This document shows positions 1 to 9,754 of a stretch of 64,000 nucleotides of DNA, piece after piece. The position numbers and the translations under genes were made by a program. Source of the stretch: an uncultured Gemmataceae bacterium (GTDB lineage: Bacteria; Planctomycetota; Planctomycetia; Gemmatales; Gemmataceae). The stretch's first letter is position 1. Each line of letters begins with the position of its first letter. The stretch covers positions 288,001 to 352,000 of the forward strand of contig CAVVPN010000011.1 in assembly GCA_963750165.1 (NCBI GenBank), read 5' to 3'. A model generated the notes under the pieces. The model was not told where the DNA came from. It was given only the letters and a program-made list of their open reading frames with translations, and made no database searches.

Positions 1-1459
1 GAACCCGACCGCCGTCACCGGCGCCGTGTGGCCGGCGAACACCTTCAACTCCTTGCCGTTGGCGGCGTCCCACAGTTTGACCGTTTTGTCAGCGCTGCCG
101 CTGAGCAGATACTTGCCGTCGGCGGACAGGGTCAGGCAGGTGACGCTATCCGCATGGGCGACGATGGTCTGCAACTCGGTGCCGGCCGCCGCGTCCCAGC
201 GTTTCAGAGTGCGGTCGGCGCCGGCGGTGTACAGCGTCTTGCCGTTGGGCGCCAGGACGACGCCGGTCACCGCCCCCTTGTGCCCGCCCCAGCGTCTCTG
301 CTCCGCGCCGGTGGCGGCGTCGAACCGCACGAACGGGTTGGCACCGCCGCCGACGAGCACCTGCTTTTCGTCCGGCGTGAACGTCACCGGCGCCGCGCCG
401 CGCAGGGGCAGCGGCCGCGACCAGATTTCCTTGCCGGCGGCCACGTCCCACAGCAGGACGATGCCGGCCTGGGGCTCGTTGCCGACGCCGCCGCTGAAAT
501 TGCTCCGCACCTGGGCGAGGCGCTTGCCGTCCCGGGTGAAGGCCAGGGTGCTCAGGCCCCATTCGGGCGGCTTGACGGCGAGGCTTGCCAGCACCTTACC
601 TTCCAGGTTCCAGACTTTTACGGCCTGGTCCGTGCGGGCGCCGGCCAGCCGTTTACCGTCGTCCGAGAATGTCAGGGTCAAAAAGGCGTAATTCTCTTCC
701 TTGAACGAGCGGACCTCCTTGCCGGTGGTCAGATCCCAGACCCTGATCTTCATGACAGCCACTGCTCCCTCTGCGACCAGACCGGCCGACGCGGCGCGCT
801 TGCCGTCGCGGGTCAGGGCCACGGCATCAGCGGCGAATTTGTGGGCGGGTAACTCTCGCAGTTCCTTCCCCTGCGCCACGTCCCAGACCTTGATGACGCC
901 GTCCTGTCCGCCGGTCAGGCCGCGCGTACCGTCCGGCGTCAGGTCCAGGGCGATGGCGAGGTCCTTGTGGCCGGGCCAGCGCTTGAGTTCCTTGCCCGTT
1001 TTCAGGTCCCACACCGCCAGCGCACCCTTCTGCTTCCTGGGCAGGTCGAGGACCAGCGCCTCCGAAGGCCCGGCTGCCGTCCGGCGTCATGCGCAGGGCG
1101 ACGACTGCCGCCCTGGCGACGCGGATCTGGCGCACGACCTTGCCGCTGGCCACGTCCCAGAGCGTGAGGGTGGAGTCGTCGAGTTGATCGCCGATGACGT
1201 TGCCGCCGCTGACGGACAGGGCCAGTTTGCCGTCGGCGCTGAAGGCACTGGTGTGGCTGCCGGCGGGGTCCTGCTCGGGAGCGCCGTAGACTGCTGTCAG
1301 CCGGGTGCGAGCGGTCTTGACAGCCTCCGCATACCGCGCCGGCAGTCCCGTGCCGACCGGCTCCTGTCCCGATCCGGCGAAGGATCGCAGCCCCAGCCAC
1401 GCCGTCAGCGTCAGCCCGATCAACCCCAGCAGCCCCACAGCACCCCAGATGCGTCGCAT
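1..1459 (-). CDS. Secreted/membrane-anchored WD40-repeat protein; runs off left edge; apparent frameshift near 1060
   Basis: ORF 827..1459 gives a signal-like N-terminus and TLTLWDVASGK; a second frame continues with WD40 units (ALAVWDLKTGKELKRWPGHKD, DGVIKVWDV, KIRVWDLTTGKE) toward position 1. Confidence 0.8.
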
Positions 1460-1662
1460 GGTAGACTCCGCAAGCGCAGCTCGTATCAGAAAAGGTATTC
1501 ACAAAGAAGACGAGACACAGGGGCGAAACGATGCGTCCGCCAGGCGAGAAACCGTGTGCCGCCCACGGGTGACTTCCAGGCCCGTGCGGATTTTCGTTCG
1601 TCCGTACAGTGTCCGGCGGTATATTGGAACCGAATCAAACCCTGTTTCACGGAGGATGGACC

Positions 1663-2145
1663 ATGCTTCGAGCTTCGCTAACCGTGGCCCTGCTGCTGGC
1701 GCTGACGGGCCGCCTGGCGGCCCAGGACTCGCCCACGGGGCCGGCACCGCACATCATGACGGCCCAGCCGGACAAGAACGGTCGGCCGGCGCTTATCCAC
1801 ACGGTTGCTAGATCCGTCCCGGGGAAAAGAACCATCGAGGTCAATGTCAACGGCCGGGTTGAGAAACGGATCGAGACCGTGTACGTCGTGGTCGTCAATA
1901 AGGAGCCTTTCCTTCGGTTGGACGACGCCAGCGTTCGGGTGTACGACGTGGACGGCAAGCAACTGGACGTGAAAAGCATCAAGTTGACCCGTGCCACGCC
2001 TGTGCTGGTGTCGGCGGACGGCCGGCCGGTCGATCCGTACTACACGCGCCTGGCCCGGCCCGGGACGCTGGTCATCGTTCAGTCTCAAGCGGACGGGGCA
2101 CCCGTGATCGCACCGCCCCCGCCCAGGGAAATCAAGCGGCCGTAG
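1663..2145 (+). CDS. Secreted hypothetical protein, paralog 1 of a tandem triplet
   Basis: GGAGG RBS before ATG 1663; signal peptide ending LAAQD; shared C-terminal motif TPVLVSADGRPVDPxYTRLARPGTLV. Confidence 0.8.
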   Translation: MLRASLTVALLLALTGRLAAQDSPTGPAPHIMTAQPDKNGRPALIHTVARSVPGKRTIEVNVNGRVEKRIETVYVVVVNKEPFLRLDDASVRVYDVDGKQLDVKSIKLTRATPVLVSADGRPVDPYYTRLARPGTLVIVQSQADGAPVIAPPPPREIKRP

Positions 2146-2217
2146 TTACCTCAACCCCGGGTGCCCGGCCCGCCACCAGCGCGGCCCGGCTGCCCTACTT
2201 CCCGCGGAGGATTGCTG

Positions 2218-2724
2218 ATGACGCGCTTCTTGTTCGGAGCAGCCCTGCTGCTGGCGCTGACGGGCCGCCTGGCGGCCCAGGACCCGCCCAAGGGGTCGGC
2301 GCCGCTAATCATGACTGCCAACGTGGGCAAGGACGGCAAGCCGTTCATCATCCGCACCACGTACCGGAGCGTGGCGCGCGAGGAGGTCTACGAGGTCAAC
2401 GTCAACGGCCAAATTGAAAAACGCAAGCGCGTCGTGGCCGTCACGATCCCCGTGATGACATCCCTGCAGCTGGATGTCGCCGGCCTCCGAGTGTACGACG
2501 TGGACGGCAAGCAACTGGACGCGAACAGCCTCAAACTGACCAGGGCGACGCCCGTGCTGGTGTCGGCGGACGGCCGGCCGGTCGATCCGTTCTACACGCG
2601 CCTGGCCCGGCCCGGGACGCTGGTCCTCGTCGTCCCCGGACTGAACGAGGAGGCCATGCCCTTGCCGATGGCGGTGATTCCGCCCAAGGAAAAAATCGCG
2701 CCGCCGAAGAAAATCAACCCCTGA
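2218..2724 (+). CDS. Secreted hypothetical protein, paralog 2
   Basis: GGAGG RBS; same signal peptide and C-terminal motif as paralog 1. Confidence 0.8.
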   Translation: MTRFLFGAALLLALTGRLAAQDPPKGSAPLIMTANVGKDGKPFIIRTTYRSVAREEVYEVNVNGQIEKRKRVVAVTIPVMTSLQLDVAGLRVYDVDGKQLDANSLKLTRATPVLVSADGRPVDPFYTRLARPGTLVLVVPGLNEEAMPLPMAVIPPKEKIAPPKKINP

Positions 2725-2779
2725 ATGCCTGGGGCTGCTCGTGTGGCCCAGGTGAACCCCCCAACCCGGAGGAATGCTG

Positions 2780-3258
2780 ATGATGCGTCTCTTGTTCGGT
2801 ACGGCCCTCGCGCTGGCGCTGACAGCGCCTCTGCCCGCCCAGGACCAACCCAGGGGGCCGGCGCCCTCATCATGACCGCCAACGTGGGCAAGGACGGGCG
2901 GCCCTATATCGCCCGCAAGGTGTTCGCCGTGGTCCCGGTGACGGTCCAGGTCAAGGTACTCGTGAACGGCCGTGAGGAAGTCCGCAATCAAACCGTCCCG
3001 CAGTATCAGGAGCGGCAAGAGCACCTGTACCTGGACAGCGATAAAGTGCAGGTGTCCACCACGGACGGTAAGCGCGTGGACGTGAAGAACCTGCGGTTGC
3101 AGGGGCCGACGGCGGTGCTGGTGTCCGCCAACGGCCGGCCTGTCGATCCGCTGTACACCCGCCTGGCCCGCGAGGGCACGCTGGTCGTGGTCACCCCGAA
3201 CATCGCCGCGCCGGCCATGGTGCCGCCCCCGCCTGTGAAAGTGCCAGCGCCGAAATAA
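2780..3258 (+). CDS. Secreted hypothetical protein, paralog 3; apparent frameshift near 2865
   Basis: GGAGG then MMRLLFGTALALALTAPLPAQDQPRGPAP in one frame, LIMTANVGKDG... in the next; shift lies in a short C run. Confidence 0.7.
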
Positions 3259-3318
3259 CCCCGTCCCGGCGAGCGGGAGTCTGCATCCCTGCTCGCCGGG
3301 CTTCTCGGAGCAGACGTC

Positions 3319-4239
3319 ATGGCCACCATCCCCCCAACCCCGCCGCCGCTGCGCTTCGACGCCGTCCGCTTCCAACCGGACGGGGCCGCCCCGCTGACCG
3401 GCCTGCTGCTGACCGCCCTGTTCGCGTGCGCCGCCGCCGTGGTGACCGGCGCCATCGTGAGCTTTTGCCATCAGTGGTTCTACCTGGTGGTGCTCTTCCC
3501 GCTGGGGATGGGCCTGGCCGTGGGCATCGCCGCCGCCGGCGGGGTGCGCCTGGGTAAGGTCCGCAACATGTGGGCGGCCGCCGCCCTGGGCTTCACCGGC
3601 GGCGTGCTCGTCATGTTGATGTCCCACCTCGGCGACTACCTGCTGACGCTGCGGCACCTGAACCAGATGAACCCCGGAGCGCATCTGACGTTCACCGAGT
3701 TCGTCGATCTCCGCGCCAGGCAGGGCGTGACGATCGGCAAGGCGGGCGCGGGCGCCGGCCAGGGCATGAACCTTGGCTACTACGGCTCGTACATTTACTG
3801 GTTCGTGGAATTCCTCTTCGCGTGCGTCGTCGCCGCGGCCATCCCGGGCGGTGCCGCGATGGTGCCGTTCTGCCAGGCCTGCCAGTCGTGGAAAGCGAAG
3901 CGCGTCCTTGGCAAGATGGCCGTCGGCAAGGAAGCCGTCGTTGAGATTGTGGACGGGGGAGAACTGCTGCGCCTGCTGGGCCCGGGCCGGCCCGCCGGCC
4001 ACCCCGTGGTGTTCACGGCCCACGTCTGCCCCCACTGCGAGGACCAGGACACCGTGGAGATCAACATCCAGGAGGTCGTCACCAACAAAAAAGGCGTGCC
4101 CAGGTACACCGACCTGGGCACCTGGTCCTATGGCGGCGAGGCGTGGCCGGTGTGGCAAAGCCTGTTCGCCCCCCCGACACCGCCCCCGCTGCCCAACTCC
4201 GAAACGCACTTCAAGGACGCCGGCGGCCCCCGGCAGTGA
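3319..4239 (+). CDS. Multi-pass membrane protein with C-terminal CxxC...CxxC zinc-ribbon-like region
   Basis: 306-aa ORF with ~4 hydrophobic segments, CQAC and CPHC motifs, host-like codon usage. Confidence 0.7.
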   Translation: MATIPPTPPPLRFDAVRFQPDGAAPLTGLLLTALFACAAAVVTGAIVSFCHQWFYLVVLFPLGMGLAVGIAAAGGVRLGKVRNMWAAAALGFTGGVLVMLMSHLGDYLLTLRHLNQMNPGAHLTFTEFVDLRARQGVTIGKAGAGAGQGMNLGYYGSYIYWFVEFLFACVVAAAIPGGAAMVPFCQACQSWKAKRVLGKMAVGKEAVVEIVDGGELLRLLGPGRPAGHPVVFTAHVCPHCEDQDTVEINIQEVVTNKKGVPRYTDLGTWSYGGEAWPVWQSLFAPPTPPPLPNSETHFKDAGGPRQ

Positions 4240-4259
4240 ACCGTTTGTCGAATGCGAGC

Positions 4260-4560
4260 CTTGTCATGCAGCCACCGCGCCGCGGTTGTCCTGGAAGAGC
4301 GCCCAGCGCTACCCATTCCTGTCGCTCTTCGGCCTGGTGGTGCTGTCCAACGCCGCCGGCAGCTTTTTCAACGCCGCCTACCCGCTGTGTCTGGGGCTGC
4401 TGGTGTGGTTGCTGGCGCCACTGTGGTGCTGCCGCCAGCGCCTGGTCAACCTGCCGTTCCACACCGTCTGGCTCAACTTCTGCGGCTGGTTCCCGGGGCC
4501 TTCGTCTTCCCAGCGCTGATCTGCGGCCTGGGCGACGACCACTTTTTCAGGCGTCCCGCG
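4260..4560 (+). pseudogene. Degenerate fragment of a membrane protein gene
   Basis: Hydrophobic protein-like text spread over different frames (SLFGLVVLSNAAGSFFN..., GAFVFPALICGLG) with no clean start/stop. Confidence 0.35.
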
Positions 4561-4648
4561 CCATAGGATAAGGGCAACCAACGCCCTTGCCAGCGGGACC
4601 GACACAATGCCTTCTTCTCCTTCACGGGCCGGGACTTCTGACCTGTCC

Positions 4649-5665
4649 ATGTGGCAGGCCCGTATCGCCACCGCAAACACACTTGACCTGCAGCGCGTTC
4701 CGCGCCCCTCACTGCAGGGGCCGGGGGAAGTGCTCTTGCGCACGGCGGTGAGCGGCATCTGCTCCGGCGATCTGATGCCGTGGTATCTGGAGAAGAAGAT
4801 CGGCACCGTGCTCGGCCATGAAGTCGCCGGCTACGCCGTCGCAGTTGGCCCGGAGGTGTCCCACATCCACGCAGGCGACCTGGTCTTCGTTCACCACCAC
4901 GCCCCTTGCCTGGACTGCGAACACTGCCGCCGCGGTCGGCACGTCCACTGCGCTGCCTGGCGCGGCAGTGCCATCGACCCCGGTGGCATGGCGGAGTATG
5001 TCCGTGTGCCCGCTCTCAACGTCCGCCACGATTGCTTCGCGGTCAACGATCTGACACCGGAACAGGCCGTCTTCATCGAACCGTTGGGCTGCTGCGTCAA
5101 GGCGTTACGACACGTGCCCACCTTCGCCGGACGGCACGGCGTGGTCATCGGCTGCGGCGTCATGGGGTTGCTCAACGTGGCCCTGGCGCGAGCCCTGAAC
5201 ACCTCCTCGATCACCGCCGTGGAACCGGATCCCGAACGCCGATGGCTGGCCAAGGTCTGCGGGGCGCATACCATGCTGACGCCGGAGGACGCCTGCCAAC
5301 TATTGCGTCACGCTGCCGATTTTGTCGTCATCGGCCCCGGCTTCCCGGAGGTCATTCAGCAAGCGTTGGAATACGTTCGGCCCGGCGGCATGGCCGTGCT
5401 CTTCGCCCCGACCGCCACGGGACTGCGGACAGCGCTGGACCTGGGCGAACTGTACTTTCGTGAAGTGACGTTGGCCCCCTCCTATTCGTGCGGGCCGGAG
5501 GACACCCGGCAGGCGGCGGAACTGCTGCGGCGCGGTTTGGTCAATCCGCTTCCCACCATTACGCACCGATTTTCCCTGACGCACATTCGGGAGGCGTTCG
5601 ACACCGCGCGCCGGGGCGGCGCCGCCGTCAAGGTGCTCATCACGTTTCCCCAGGATACGCAGTAA
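4649..5665 (+). CDS. Zn-dependent alcohol dehydrogenase (MDR family)
   Basis: GICSGD, GHE, CxxCxxC...C structural Zn motif, GCGVMG nucleotide-binding motif. Confidence 0.9.
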   Translation: MWQARIATANTLDLQRVPRPSLQGPGEVLLRTAVSGICSGDLMPWYLEKKIGTVLGHEVAGYAVAVGPEVSHIHAGDLVFVHHHAPCLDCEHCRRGRHVHCAAWRGSAIDPGGMAEYVRVPALNVRHDCFAVNDLTPEQAVFIEPLGCCVKALRHVPTFAGRHGVVIGCGVMGLLNVALARALNTSSITAVEPDPERRWLAKVCGAHTMLTPEDACQLLRHAADFVVIGPGFPEVIQQALEYVRPGGMAVLFAPTATGLRTALDLGELYFREVTLAPSYSCGPEDTRQAAELLRRGLVNPLPTITHRFSLTHIREAFDTARRGGAAVKVLITFPQDTQ

Positions 5666-5714
5666 AATGTTGGCGGCTTGCCATCCGGGCCGTTCATTCG
5701 GAAAAGGGGAGAAC

Positions 5715-6176
5715 ATGGAAGCGATCGGCAGCAGTTGCGAGGCAGCCGCGCGACCCGCGGCGAGTGGTGCAGTGGGGTCGCGTGTGCTGCGTTTCGGGCC
5801 GGACTTCCGCTGGCAGGGTGTCGCGGTCACGGATTACAAATCGCCGGCGCACCACTGGGCCGGCGTCTGCCGCACGACGCTGGTCGGCGAGGCGGGCGAG
5901 CAGACGCGCTTCCAGTTGCGCTATTTTGAGATCGCGCCGGGCGGCTTCAGTTCGTTCGAGCACCACGCCCACGAGCACGCGGTCTTCGTGCTGCGCGGCC
6001 AGGGCGAGGTGCAACTCGGCGAGCAGGTGCATCCGCTCAGCTTCGGCGACATTGTGTATGTGGCTCCGCACGAGCCGCACCAGTTCCGCAACCTGGGGAC
6101 GGAGCCGTTCGGCTTCCTGTGTGTCGTCGATGCGGAGCGCGACCGGCCGGTGCCGTTGCAGCCACGTAAAGAATAA
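5715..6176 (+). CDS. Cupin-domain protein
   Basis: EHHAHEH...VLRGQG and HEPHQFRN cupin motifs; GGAG RBS. Confidence 0.85.
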   Translation: MEAIGSSCEAAARPAASGAVGSRVLRFGPDFRWQGVAVTDYKSPAHHWAGVCRTTLVGEAGEQTRFQLRYFEIAPGGFSSFEHHAHEHAVFVLRGQGEVQLGEQVHPLSFGDIVYVAPHEPHQFRNLGTEPFGFLCVVDAERDRPVPLQPRKE

Positions 6177-6261
6177 ATACCCATCACGAAAACGCGAAAA
6201 ACGAAAACCACGAAAAAGACCTTGATTTTGGTCTTTTTCGTGGTTTTCGTGATGGGTATTT
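6175..6261. repeat. Intergenic inverted repeat between convergent genes with periodic CGAAAA units; probable bidirectional terminator
   Basis: AAATACCCATCACGAAAAC ... GTTTTCGTGATGGGTATTT. Confidence 0.65.
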
Positions 6262-6272
6262 TTTCCCGGTCA

Positions 6273-6641
6273 TCACTGTGACCGCCCCGGCAACGTGTTC
6301 GGCAGCGGGTTGAACGGCTCGGCGCCCGGAGACAGCGGTGTCTGGTGGATGGGCGCGGGCGGTGGCGGTTCGGCGTTGGCTTTCGGCCCGGAGGAAACAG
6401 GTGTCGCGACGGGCAGGGTGGGCGGCGGCAGCGGCACTGCGCCCGGCGGCGTCACGGTGCCAGCCGGCACCACCACCGGCCCTGCGGGCACCACCGGCCC
6501 GCCCTGCGGAATGCAGACGCCGCCATAGGGAGCGGTGTTGCCCTTGCCCAGTTTGCCCGGTGCGAAGAAGTCCATCAGGTCCGCCAACGGGGCCGTACTG
6601 CACCCGGCCAGCAACACCAGCGCCAGCGCTGCGCGTTTCAT
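6273..6641 (-). CDS. Pro-rich putative lipoprotein
   Basis: MKRAALALVLLAGC lipobox; Pro-rich tail. Confidence 0.7.
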   Translation of the reverse strand: MKRAALALVLLAGCSTAPLADLMDFFAPGKLGKGNTAPYGGVCIPQGGPVVPAGPVVVPAGTVTPPGAVPLPPPTLPVATPVSSGPKANAEPPPPAPIHQTPLSPGAEPFNPLPNTLPGRSQ

Positions 6642-6713
6642 AACTCGCCCTCGGAACGGATCGGGGCGGAGGATATACCACCCACGACCGCCGCCGCCAA
6701 GGGCAAAAATCCA

Positions 6714-7319
6714 CTATTCGGGCTCCACCAGAGCGCACAGCGCCGCGGCGTAGTCCTCGGGGGTGTTGAGGTTGCGCAGCGAACGCAGGTCCGGGTCGGC
6801 GGTCGTCAGCTCCGCCGCGGCCACCCGGCGCGTCGGCACCAGATCGAAGAGGAAGCCCGGTCGCAGCCGATCCTCGGCCAGCAGGCGACGCACTTCGCCG
6901 AGCACATCCAGGTGGTAGACCGCGGCCAGGGGATGGTAGCGGCCCTCGGCGTGCGGAACGGCCAACCGGCAATCGCCCAGCAGCTCGACCAGCCGGTGGA
7001 TGAACGCGGGTCGCAGGAACGGCGCGTCACACGAGGACAGAAAGGCAACATCGGCGCGGCCCAGCAGCGCTTCCAGGCCGGCGCACAGGCCCTGCAAGGG
7101 ACCGCGCTGCGGCCGGGCGTCGCGGACCACGGCCACGTCCGGCGGCAGCGGCGGCACCTCCTGATCGGGGCCCGCCACAACCACGACGGGCGCCACCGCC
7201 TCGGCCACGCTGCGGACGATGCGCGTCAACATCGCTTCCCCGCCGAACGGCAGCCACGCCTTGGCCTGGCCCATCCGTCGGCTCTGTCCGCCGCACAACA
7301 CAATGCCGCCCGCGTTCAT
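6714..7319 (-). CDS. mobA: Molybdenum cofactor guanylyltransferase
   Basis: [14 protein letters not shown], GPLxG, SCDAPF, HPLx[11 protein letters not shown] motifs. Confidence 0.92.
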   Translation of the reverse strand: MNAGGIVLCGGQSRRMGQAKAWLPFGGEAMLTRIVRSVAEAVAPVVVVAGPDQEVPPLPPDVAVVRDARPQRGPLQGLCAGLEALLGRADVAFLSSCDAPFLRPAFIHRLVELLGDCRLAVPHAEGRYHPLAAVYHLDVLGEVRRLLAEDRLRPGFLFDLVPTRRVAAAELTTADPDLRSLRNLNTPEDYAAALCALVEPE

Positions 7320-7374
7320 GGCCGCATTTTACCAGGGGCTGCCACCCGCCGCCAGAAGCGGTACAACAGCCCCG

Positions 7375-7852
7375 ATGAGCGAATTTACCCACTTTGACGA
7401 GCACGGCGGCAGTCGCATGGTGGACACCAGCGACAAGGAAGTGACGCTGCGTCAGGCCCGCGCCAGCGCCGCGCGTGCGCATGGCCGTTGCCACCGCCGC
7501 GCTGATCCGCGACCGCGCCGTGGCCAAGGGCGACGTACTCGAGGTCGCTCGCCTCGCTGGCATCATGGCCGCCAAGCGCACCGCCGACCTGATCCCGCTG
7601 TGCCATCCCCTACCGCTGACTTCCGTCCAGGTGGAATTGCGCTTTGAGGACGAGACGCTGCTGCGCATCGACGCCACGGTGCGCGTCCAGGCCCGCACGG
7701 GCGTCGAGATGGAGGCGCTGACGGCCGCCAGCGTTGCCGCCCTGACCGTCTACGACATGTGCAAGGCGGTGGATCGTGTTATGACCATCGAGCAGATACG
7801 GTTGGAGGAGAAGAGCGGCGGCCGCAGCGGCACCTTCCGCAGGGACGATTGA
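7375..7852 (+). CDS. moaC: Cyclic pyranopterin monophosphate synthase; apparent +1 frameshift near 7469
   Basis: [18 protein letters not shown] in one frame; [40 protein letters not shown] in the next. Confidence 0.9.
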
Positions 7853-7885
7853 GCCGCCCGCGCATCCTCTAGCCTGGAGTGGTTC

Positions 7886-8890
7886 ATGAAGCCGGTATTA
7901 ACCCCGAACAGCGTTCCGCCGCGCCCGGCCTTCGACGTGCTCGCGAGCCTGACCCCGGATCTGGATGAGGTGGAGCGCGTCTTCACGCGGACGCTGGAGA
8001 GTGGGCGGCCGGGCGTGGCCCAGTTGCTGAGCCACCTCGGGGCCTACCGCGGCAAGCGCCTACGGCCGACGCTGCTGTTGCTGACCGCCCACGCCTGCGG
8101 CCGGGTGACGGCGGCGCACCACGTCCTGGGCGCGGTCGTCGAGATGATCCACACCGCCACGCTGGTCCACGACGACGTGCTCGACGACGCCGACCTGCGG
8201 CGCTACGTGCCGACGGTCAACGCCCAGTGGGGCAACCAGGCGAGCATCCTTTTGGGCGACTACCTGTTCACGCACGCTTTCCACCTGTCGAGCACGCTGG
8301 ACGATGTGCGGGCGTGCCGGCTGATCGGCGACGCGACCAACCGCGTCTGCGCCGGTGAACTGCACCAGGTAACGCAGCGCGGCAACCTGCACCTGACCGA
8401 GGCGGAGTACCTGAGCATCATCGACGGCAAGACGGCGGAGTTGACGAGCGTGTGCTGCCGGCTGGGGGCGCTGTACGCCGGGCGCGATGTGGCGGTGGTG
8501 GAGCGGTTGGCGTCTTACGGCCGGCTGCTGGGGCTGGCGTTCCAGATCGCCGACGATGTGCTGGACCTGATCGGCGAGGAGGCGACCGCGGGCAAGTCGT
8601 TGGGGACCGACGTGGCGCAGCAGAAGCTGACGCTGCCGCTGCTGCATCTGCTGCAACACCACGGGGCGGAGCGTGCGGAGCGGGTGCGGCAGATTTTGGC
8701 TGCGCCCGGCAATCACAAGCTGGAGGCGCTGCGGCCGCACCTGCACGAAACCGGGGCGCTGGCGTTCGCACGGCGACGGGCGGAGGAGTACGCCGCCCAG
8801 GCCCGGCGCGAGCTGGAGTGTCTGGCACCGTCGGCGTACCGGGCCGGCCTGGAGGCGCTGACCGAGCGCGTGGTCCACCGCAGCGCGTGA
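7886..8890 (+). CDS. Polyprenyl diphosphate synthase (IspB/HepT-like)
   Basis: GKRLRP, LVHDDVLD (FARM), GKTA, FQIADDVLD (SARM). Confidence 0.92.
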   Translation: MKPVLTPNSVPPRPAFDVLASLTPDLDEVERVFTRTLESGRPGVAQLLSHLGAYRGKRLRPTLLLLTAHACGRVTAAHHVLGAVVEMIHTATLVHDDVLDDADLRRYVPTVNAQWGNQASILLGDYLFTHAFHLSSTLDDVRACRLIGDATNRVCAGELHQVTQRGNLHLTEAEYLSIIDGKTAELTSVCCRLGALYAGRDVAVVERLASYGRLLGLAFQIADDVLDLIGEEATAGKSLGTDVAQQKLTLPLLHLLQHHGAERAERVRQILAAPGNHKLEALRPHLHETGALAFARRRAEEYAAQARRELECLAPSAYRAGLEALTERVVHRSA

Positions 8891-8892
8891 CT

Positions 8893-8946
8893 GGTCGGAG
8901 CCCGAGCGCCAGCGCGGGCCCCCGCGCTGGCGCTCGGGCTCCGACC
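8893..8946. repeat. GC-rich palindrome (REP-like / terminator)
   Basis: GGTCGGAGCCCGAGCGCCAGCGCGGG-CC-CCCGCGCTGGCGCTCGGGCTCCGACC. Confidence 0.7.
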
Positions 8947-8984
8947 AACTACCAATGTCCAGGACGATGGTGTATGAGGGGTTC

Positions 8985-9524
8985 ATGGACCTGCTGCCCT
9001 GGCTGCTGATGTCGCTGGGCGTCGTCGCCCTGGTGTTGGCCGCCATCGCGGTGGCTGGCGCCTTCATGGCGCGGTCGCACGCCGTCTTCCGCACCCTGGA
9101 AAGCAAGCAGCCGCCCGAGGTGGTGTGGGCGGTCGTCACCGACTTCCCGAACACACCCACCTGGCACCCGGAGGTCAAGCAGGTCGAGCGGCTGTCCGAC
9201 CACGAGGGCCACGCGGTCTGGCGCGAGACGTACCGCAACGGCTACCCCATCCGCCTGGAGACGACCGAGGCGACGCCGCCGTGCCGCCTGGTGCGCGCCA
9301 TCCAGGACGAGAAGGGGCCGTTTCAGGGCCGCTGGGTGTTCGAGTTGACGCCGACGGACGCCGGAACGCGGCTGACCATCACGGAGCACGGCGACATCGC
9401 CAACCCCTTCTTCCGCTTCATGGCGCGGGTGTTCATGAACCCAGCCATTTACCTGGAACTCTACCTGAAGGCGCTGGCGGTGAAGCTCGGCGACGAGCCG
9501 CCGCCGACCGCGCTGAAGGCGTGA
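8985..9524 (+). CDS. SRPBCC/polyketide cyclase-like protein with N-terminal TM anchor
   Basis: PPEVVWAVVTDF...W.PEVK.VE and GRWVFELTP...GTRLTITE pattern. Confidence 0.8.
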   Translation: MDLLPWLLMSLGVVALVLAAIAVAGAFMARSHAVFRTLESKQPPEVVWAVVTDFPNTPTWHPEVKQVERLSDHEGHAVWRETYRNGYPIRLETTEATPPCRLVRAIQDEKGPFQGRWVFELTPTDAGTRLTITEHGDIANPFFRFMARVFMNPAIYLELYLKALAVKLGDEPPPTALKA

Positions 9525-9543
9525 ACCTCCCGGGACTCGACAG

Positions 9544-9660
9544 GGAATCTGCGCTGCCCCGTGCGCTGGCAGGGGGGTCTGTGAAATGAAAAGAGATGCA
9601 AGCCCTCCCTGGCACTATTTCCATTATACCGCCCAGCCCGCTTCCAGAGAACGGCCCTGG
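9544..9660 (-). repeat. ~115-bp intergenic element, copy 1; promoter-like TATAAT on minus strand
   Basis: Visibly similar to 38956-39072 (GGAATCTGCGC..CAGGGGGGT.TGTGAAATGAAA.GAGA..CCCTGG..TTATACCGCCCAG.CCGCTTCC). Confidence 0.7.
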
Positions 9661-9754
9661 CCGCGCTCCAAACTGGGCTTGATTTTTCCCCCGGCCCTGG
9701 TGTATCCCCCGCCACCCGGCCGCGGCAGGCGCGGCGCATCCCTGGAGAGGTTTC

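Noticed and set aside
2305..4209. Long antisense and alternative-frame ORFs (also 10886-12544, 35318-37219 and many others)
   Set aside because: Shadow ORFs expected at high GC, opposite well-supported genes, with no recognisable motifs
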